From Antedon mediterranea (Eukaryota; Animalia; Echinodermata): a stretch of 64,000 nt of DNA. Location: contig NC_092678.1 in the NCBI RefSeq assembly GCF_964355755.1, forward strand, positions 21,779,365 through 21,843,364, written 5' to 3'. A program made the position numbers and the translations under genes. The notes beneath the pieces were generated by a model. The model saw only the letters and a program-made list of their open reading frames with translations, made no database searches and was not told the origin of the DNA. Below are positions 59,101 to 64,000 of the stretch, piece by piece. Positions within the stretch are counted from its first letter, which is position 1. Each line of letters opens with the position of its first letter.

Positions 59101-62100
59101 GCGGAACTCCTCTTATACCATAAAATCTTAACTTATCTAATAATACATCATGATCGATTGTATCAAACGCTTTTGATAAATCAAGGAAAACTCCTAGTGT
59201 GAACTCTTTATTCTCAATAGCGTTTGTGATTTTTTCAATCGATTGTATTAAAGCATGACTAGTTGAATGGTGTTGTCTAAATCCATACTGTGTTTTACTC
59301 AGTACGTTATATTTTGAGAGGTAACAAATCGTTTGATCATACACAATCCTCTCAAATATTTTGGAAAAAAAGGGTAAAATGGAAATAGGCCGATAATTAT
59401 TTATATCGGAGATGTCACCATTCTTAAATACCGGGATAACTTTAGCAATTTTTATATCAGCCGGGACACAGCCCGATGATAATGACGTATTAATAATATG
59501 CAATAAAGGTTTTAAAATAAACGGGGAAGCAGATTTTATGAGTTGGGCACTTATACCATCATGGCCAGGAGAAGTATTCTTTGTGTTTTTAATATAGTGG
59601 TTAAGTTCATGTTCAGTAACAGGCTTAAAAAACATTGAAGAGGTAAAATTTCCCTTTAAGAAAGTTCTGTGGGTGATTTCTTCATTTTGAGATTCATGCC
59701 TAAATTTATTATTTAGTTTTTCTCCAATATTAATAAAAAAAGAGTTGAATGCATCAGCTTTCTCATCATTATCAGAGAAAGTCTCAGTACCCAATTTTAT
59801 TTTTGTAGGCAAATTGGTAGTCTTTTTCCTACCCATTATATCATTTAGGATTGTCCACGTTTTTTTAATATCTTGTTTATTTCGTTCAAACTGGACCATA
59901 TAATATTCTTTTTTCCGATTTCTAATAGTAGTGGTTAACTTGTTTCTAAAATGTATGTACGTACTTTTATTAGTAGTGGTGTTATTTTGTTTGTACTTTT
60001 TATATAATTTATGTTTTTGAGAGATAGCTCTGGCAATTTCAGCTGTGATCCAAGGAGATTTTAACTTGTTCGCCTTATTTCTAATTCGTTTTAAAGGGAA
60101 ACAATTATCAATTGTTTTATTTAAAGTGTTTGTAAAATTTTGATAAGCAACATTCGCATTATTTGATTATCTGGACCCATAAAGTCAACTTGTATGACAA
60201 GTTGTCTTGTCAGGTGAAAATTAAACATGTTTAAAGTTCTTCTGACAACCTAAAAACTTTGGCCGATGCTATCAAGACGATTCGTCAGGATTTAACTCAG
60301 AAACCACCTTGTCGTGTAATGCTGTCTGAGTTGGCCATAAGAGTGTCTGTTATTTTCCACGGCTATGCCAAGATTGCTTGGTATTTAGGCCATAAATATC
60401 TAGTATTTCAGGCCCCTAGCCCAAAAGTGTAATCAACAGTCAGAAAAGGTATGACTCTACTGTAGTAGCTACATTCTAACTTCACAATATGGAACTGGTT
60501 CTAAACAATGATTTCTTAAGACCACTTACTTCAGGTAGGCAATCATCATGGGTTACAACCTGAACGATATCATCAAGTGGCAGCAAGTGATGACTTTTAA
60601 TTTCTGTGTAAACGTTCTTGCCCTCTGTACAATAGGCTAATAGCTGTACAAGGTTGATGTGGTACAACAGAGGGCTCTCATCATCTATACGCTCCTTATC
60701 GTGTTGCATAAGTCCAATAAGTATTTGGAATGAAGCTTTGTCGGAGTAAAACAGGAGCACGTCTTCTCCCGCATTTATGAGCTGACAACGAAAAATAAGA
60801 GATTTATGAATCACTTGCAGTTGCAACATACAATGTAATGTAAAAAATGTGTACATGAAAAAGGATAAAGTGCTTCTCATAGTATGGGCGTTGTGTAGAG
60901 AGATTAAAGACTACAGAATTAGAACATGAAAGGGTGACAAAAATTGAAACAAATATTACCTCCGACATGACCATGTCCTGAGTCTTGCGAATAAACTGTT
61001 CAGCTTTCACAATCGTCTGCAGAAACTTAATATATTCAACATGTCTTCCCTGAGTTTCAATACAGTGAACGAAGTGTTGCACCACCTTCTCCGTGATCTC
61101 ATTGCATAGCTGGGTGTTGTCCATGTAAATGTGCCTCATGGTTTGCGCTTGAAGGGCCTAGCAAGTAAACAGAAATACTGTTACTATTCTATGAATTTAG
61201 ACAGGCTTTTTATTTAAAAAAGAGAAGCTACAGAAGTTCTAGGCCCACCAACAAAATACCATGCGTAGTCCTGGGCACAATATAACACTTACCCCAGGTG
61301 TGAGGAACTGTCTATGTGCTTATGTAGTAGAGTCTGGTTGGATGGGTTACCATAACAGAAGTTCTAGGCCCACCAACTTCACAATATGCGTAGTTCAGGG
61401 GGTAACAGCACACTTACCCCAGGTGTAAGGAACCTGTCTATGTGCTTATGTAGCAGAGCCTGGTTAGATGGGTTACCATAACAGAAGTTTTAGGCCCACC
61501 AACTACACAATATGCATAGTTCTGGGGGTAACAAGACACTTACCCCAGGTGTAAGGAACCTGTCTATGTGCTTATGTAGCAGAGCCTGGTTAGATGGGTT
61601 ACCATAACAGAAGTTCTAGGCCCACCAACTACACAATATGCATAGTTCTGGGGGTAACAACACACTTACCCCAGGTGTAAGGAACCTGTCTATGTGCTTA
61701 TGTAGCAGAGCCTGGTTAGATCGGTTTAATACCATAACAGAAGTTCTAGGCCCACCAACTACACAATATGCATAGTTCTCGGGGTAACAAGACACTTACC
61801 CCAGGTGTAAGGAACCTGTCTATGTGCTTATGTAGCAGAGCCTGGTTAGATGGGTTACCATAACAGAAGTTCTGCAAGAACTCATGAGCAAGCTTCATCA
61901 GAACATGCATACGAACATCTGTGAACTAAAAATAGGAAAGAGAGTTAGAAAAGAAAATTAAGCGGGATAGAACATTCTCCAGGAAAATGCAGATTAAAAA
62001 ATGCTGACAAGGCCAAAGAAAAACCCGACAGAGGGGTTGAAGAAAATTTGGCTCAGCTGGAAAACTATTACCAGACCAGAGAACAATAGAGAATGTTTTA

Positions 62101-64000
62101 CAGGCATAAGTAGGTAGGTAAGTAATAATAGTATAATAATATTATTCGTAAAATTTTAAATTCCATGTGATGTTTAAAATCGTTCTTGTGTCAAGACCAT
62201 ACAAGAGATGCCTTACCTTTTCATAAGGAATTTGAAGAAGTTCCAAGACAACGGCATGTGCTCCCATATTGCGCAACAATCTTTGTTCATGTTTTCGATT
62301 CTTTTTACTGTTTGCATTGTGTGAAATACATAGATTCTTCAGATGAATGAGAATCTAAAATAAAATATATTACACCATTAGCACATAACAATCTTGTGAT
62401 GATAGTGAGTGATAGTGAGTACAGAATATTATTGGGCTTTACACACTTTCAATACTGGTTTACATTGTTAGACAATATTGTGGAAGTTACAAGATAAAAG
62501 ATAACTTTATTGTCAAAATTGTTAACAATTTCGAGATATGTTTTGTACCTGAGTAGAATAAATAATACGGCGTGATAACTATATAAATAAATACAAATGA
62601 TACAAGTGACTATCTTGAAAAGTTTTTGTTAAATAAATTGCATGCTTGTACATTGGTGAAAATCTGAAACGGTTTGTGGATATTTTTTCCTGTGTCAGTC
62701 TAACCCTTCCTGATCTACTTATAATGATGTCTGAATGTAATGGGTGTAATGGAAGTTGTTGAAGATGTAGCTTGAGCCATAATTTACCACAGGGTGAACC
62801 ATATGATGGATAAACATTTCTTTTAAATTTCATATGCATCCAACAGCGAGTAACTCGCCAATTACAGGATTGATCTATATAATAATTTATCATGCTTATA
62901 AACTAAGTCTTATTTGAGGCTTAGTGAGTGAAGTTAAAAGAGTCGTGAGTTACAACTCTGGCACTACGTCAGTATTAAACCCTGGATCTTGTCTACAGCC
63001 CATTACATGTACAATGTGAGGATGACCACAAATGACAAGGAAAAAATGAGAATTCAACTGGGAAGATAATGTAAATGGCATGAAGAAGTGGAATGAAGTC
63101 TGGTAACATGGAACAAGTGGACAACAGAGGATGTGATGTCACGTTACTAAAACAAATGATGACGTGGTACGTTGGAATGTTCCCACATGAGGGCGTGGTT
63201 GTGGACTTGTCCATTATGGTCCAGGAGTATCTTAAGCACTCCCTCTGGAGAACACAAGCTATTGTCACAAAATAGACTTAGGAAATGCAGAGATGGTTTA
63301 GCAACTTAAAAAAGATGTGGATTATTGAACAAAGAAAGGCGACACATAAAATGGAAAGAAAGAGGAGACATAACAACACTTTAGAATATCTTACGCTTTG
63401 AATAGTTTTATAATTCTGTATGCTGGCAGGATCCAGAGCAGGACCTTGGTCTAGGTTGGCAACGTCACCATCTGCAACTGTTGTTGGTAAAGGCTGACAA
63501 AGAAACAAATAATTCATATAAAATAAATACTACACTATGAAACTAGTTTGACAAAAAAGTGTGATGTGCTCAAATATGGTTGTGATATGATTTCATTGTG
63601 TCTTTAGATAGTAAACGTTCTATATATCACAAACAACAGTGTGAGAATGATGTCATACAAATTGCTTCTTTCTGATTGGCTAATTTATCAGAAATACTTA
63701 AAATTAACTTATTACTTATTCATGAGGATGATAATATAAGACAAATTGCTTATTTCTGATTGGCTAATTTATCAGAAATACTTAAAATTAACTTATTACT
63801 TATTCATGAGGATGATAATATAAGACAAATTGCTTATTTCTGATTGGCTAATTTATCAGAAATACTTAAAACTAACTTATTACTTATTCATTAGGGTGAT
63901 AGTATAACACAAATTGCTTCTTTGTGATTGGCTAATAGTTGAAAGAATACCAACCAGTAACTTTTTCTTTTTATCTTTCTTCCCTCCATCATCTTTCTTA
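32069..64000 (-). CDS. ITPR: Inositol 1,4,5-trisphosphate receptor, 3' ~60% of a multi-exon gene (5' part beyond the window)
   Basis: About 33 GT-AG exons join in consistent phase to ~1630 aa. Motifs include [78 protein letters not shown] and EHNMWHY. Confidence 0.99.
32373..32534 (-). CDS. ITPR: ITPR exon (C-terminal coiled coil)
   Basis: [30 protein letters not shown]...QLAELKDQ. Confidence 0.96.
32689..32849 (-). CDS. ITPR: ITPR exon (linker/zinc finger)
   Basis: [32 protein letters not shown]...[15 protein letters not shown]. Confidence 0.97.
32946..33108 (-). CDS. ITPR: ITPR exon (TM6/gate)
   Basis: [54 protein letters not shown]. Confidence 0.97.
33349..33479 (-). CDS. ITPR: ITPR exon (pore helix and selectivity filter)
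   Basis: [34 protein letters not shown]. Confidence 0.97.
34411..34476 (-). CDS. ITPR: ITPR luminal-loop exon (66 nt, phase 1-1)
   Basis: Pyrimidine-rich acceptor ccattgtag and donor CAG|gtaaaa. [21 protein letters not shown] has two Cys and two N-glycosylation sequons. Confidence 0.8.
34595..34759. mobile_element. MITE family with tctacactatcaaac / gtttgatagtgtaga ends
   Basis: Inverted ends. Related copies near 44265-44325, 51680-51790, 58213-58342 and 63528. Confidence 0.7.
36100..36186 (-). CDS. ITPR: Candidate ITPR luminal-loop cassette exon (87 nt, phase 1-1)
   Basis: ccttcatccactag|...AAG|gtatta. [28 protein letters not shown] carries an NVS sequon. Confidence 0.6.
37476..37650 (-). 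CDS. ITPR: ITPR exon (TM4-5 linker, TM5)
   Basis: [51 protein letters not shown], donor gtaagt. Confidence 0.96.
38401..38675. mobile_element. Second, partly truncated and inverted copy of the 13131-13439 MITE
   Basis: Shares tatagtgggtcatacaattgacaagtgcatta and the internal tgacgca motifs. Confidence 0.85.
39358..39671. mobile_element. Non-autonomous element with a ~170-bp terminal hairpin (Crypton-like)
   Basis: acaaataatgaatg...ttatatcaac(loop)gttgatataa...cattcattatttgt is a near-perfect palindrome at 39505-39668. Confidence 0.6.
39860..40150 (-). mobile_element. tRNA-derived SINE with Deu/Nin-like central domain
   Basis: Minus strand reads B box ggttcgagggtc, then cggataaggactataaaccgtaggtcc...gcactttaaagaacc, then an A-rich tail. 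Confidence 0.75.
40347..40511 (-). CDS. ITPR: ITPR exon (TM region)
   Basis: [55 protein letters not shown]. Confidence 0.93.
41468..41572. repeat. ~52-bp tandem duplication
   Basis: cctactaatgtgcatgaatt...gtgtctaccagt x2. Confidence 0.9.
42081..42253 (-). CDS. ITPR: ITPR exon (TM region)
   Basis: [17 protein letters not shown]...[26 protein letters not shown]. Confidence 0.94.
42719..42841 (-). CDS. ITPR: ITPR exon (TM1)
   Basis: [40 protein letters not shown]. Confidence 0.95.
44671..44965 (-). CDS. ITPR: ITPR exon
   Basis: LSQHNKEL...[21 protein letters not shown]...[13 protein letters not shown]...EMKWQKKLR. Confidence 0.97.
45644..45784 (-). CDS. ITPR: ITPR exon
   Basis: [10 protein letters not shown]...[15 protein letters not shown]. 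Confidence 0.96.
45880..45975 (-). CDS. ITPR: ITPR exon
   Basis: [32 protein letters not shown]. Confidence 0.97.
46166..46276 (-). CDS. ITPR: ITPR exon
   Basis: [37 protein letters not shown]. Confidence 0.97.
46660..46860 (-). CDS. ITPR: ITPR exon (RIH-associated domain)
   Basis: [42 protein letters not shown]...[12 protein letters not shown]. Confidence 0.98.
47420..47673 (-). CDS. ITPR: ITPR exon
   Basis: [13 protein letters not shown]...[21 protein letters not shown]. Confidence 0.96.
47982..48174 (-). CDS. ITPR: ITPR exon
   Basis: [39 protein letters not shown]...GRLKK. Confidence 0.94.
48861..49172 (-). CDS. ITPR: ITPR exon
   Basis: [14 protein letters not shown]...RKDS...[14 protein letters not shown]...[15 protein letters not shown]. 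Confidence 0.96.
49999..50087. repeat. 16-bp minisatellite, ~5 copies
   Basis: gtcttttttgggtgga. Confidence 0.9.
50739..50792 (-). CDS. ITPR: Candidate ITPR SII-region cassette exon (54 nt, phase 0-0)
   Basis: attcacag|[18 protein letters not shown]|gtacgt. The end resembles vertebrate SII ...RQLEDHKR. Confidence 0.65.
51438..51497 (-). CDS. ITPR: Candidate ITPR SII-region cassette exon (60 or 45 nt, phase 0-0)
   Basis: tttctctctactctaacctaaag|[15 protein letters not shown](VSLMR)|gtaag, with two in-frame GTAAG donors. Confidence 0.65.
52287..52398 (-). CDS. ITPR: ITPR exon
   Basis: [37 protein letters not shown]. Confidence 0.96.
52831..52979 (-). CDS. ITPR: ITPR exon
   Basis: [50 protein letters not shown]. 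Confidence 0.97.
53319..53494 (-). CDS. ITPR: ITPR exon
   Basis: [16 protein letters not shown]...KRDS...[12 protein letters not shown]. Confidence 0.96.
53825..53994. mobile_element. Copy of the 9908-10086 MITE family
   Basis: ttcccactaggacgcaacgcaagg...gaccaatcacaagcga...tcgcttgtcattggtc...ctaatgggaac. Confidence 0.8.
54027..54147 (-). CDS. ITPR: ITPR exon
   Basis: [40 protein letters not shown]. Confidence 0.96.
54485..54526. mobile_element. 42-bp hairpin micro-MITE with 7-bp TSD
   Basis: atttaat|cagggagatgtaaaata...tattttacatctccctg|atttaat. Confidence 0.75.
54931..56509 (+). mobile_element. Non-autonomous Helentron/Helitron2-like element
   Basis: Asymmetric inverted repeats ttagttatccgcac / gtgcggataactaa, 5' hairpin, 3' hairpin aactcgtca-aag-tgacgagtt followed by CTAG, T-rich junctions. 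Confidence 0.75.
56560..56763 (+). pseudogene. Harbinger transposase N-terminal fragment
   Basis: [38 protein letters not shown] is typical of Harbinger/HARBI1-like transposase starts. It is truncated before the DDE domain. Confidence 0.8.
57711..57922. repeat. 53-bp tandem repeat, 4 identical copies
   Basis: cccacaaaccatcaataaagtgtcaaggaatagggcaaagaagcctgtctcaa. Confidence 0.95.
58037..58165 (-). CDS. ITPR: ITPR exon
   Basis: [43 protein letters not shown]. Confidence 0.96.
58828..58953 (-). CDS. ITPR: ITPR exon
   Basis: [42 protein letters not shown]. Confidence 0.97.
59051..60165 (-). mobile_element. Non-LTR retrotransposon (CR1/L2/jockey-type) ORF2 internal fragment
   Basis: Open frame from about NNANVAY...KSPWIT through [29 protein letters not shown] and [12 protein letters not shown], ending at RLQYT before GVPQGS/YADD. 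Confidence 0.93.
60530..60781 (-). CDS. ITPR: ITPR exon
   Basis: [18 protein letters not shown]...[23 protein letters not shown]...VTHDDCLPE. Confidence 0.97.
60960..61157 (-). CDS. ITPR: ITPR exon (RIH domain)
   Basis: [53 protein letters not shown]...QDMVMSE. Confidence 0.97.
61230..61873 (-). repeat. 126-bp tandem array copying the 3' 72 nt of an ITPR exon plus its splice donor
   Basis: Five units. Exon-derived copies at 61293-61363, 61418-61489, 61544-61615 and 61670-61745, plus the real exon end at 61800-61871. Confidence 0.95.
61800..61925 (-). CDS. ITPR: ITPR exon (RIH domain)
   Basis: [42 protein letters not shown]|gtaagt. Confidence 0.96.
62217..62354 (-). CDS. ITPR: ITPR exon
   Basis: ILIHLKNLC...[27 protein letters not shown]. 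Confidence 0.97.
63395..63493 (-). CDS. ITPR: ITPR exon
   Basis: [33 protein letters not shown], good splice sites, phase 0. Confidence 0.85.
63660..63936. repeat. ~84-bp tandem repeat, ~3.3 copies
   Basis: aattgcttatttctgattggctaatttatcagaaatacttaaaattaac... repeated. Confidence 0.93.
63955..64000 (-). CDS. ITPR: ITPR exon 3' end (truncated by window)
   Basis: [15 protein letters not shown] then a probable phase-0 donor gttggt. It fits the charged variable linker. Confidence 0.6.

Overview
AT-rich animal genomic DNA, probably from an invertebrate deuterostome (echinoderm-like; this is inference from protein similarity and a Deu/Nin-type SINE). It is not prokaryotic. The right half (32069-64000, minus strand) holds about 33 manually mapped, phase-consistent GT-AG exons (~1630 codons) encoding roughly the C-terminal 60% of an inositol 1,4,5-trisphosphate receptor (ITPR): coupling domain, TM1-6, GGGIGD pore, zinc finger and tail. 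The left end (1417-1920, plus strand) is the last coding exon of a sarcospan (SSPN)-like gene, so the two genes converge as human SSPN and ITPR2 do. Between them lie a ~10 kb compound satellite block (30-bp satellite, ~3.5 kb pure GATT, ~1.3 kb pure GTTT, GC-rich satellite), remnants of decayed spliced genes on both sides, and many MITEs and SINEs. ITPR introns contain a nested transposon stack, an RT fragment, candidate cassette exons and a tandem array that copies an exon end with its splice donor. I see no convincing wholly new biological system. The best leads are the SSPN-ITPR microsynteny, the exon-derived repeat array, the cassette exons and the decayed gene/satellite unit. All family assignments come from recall, not database searches.
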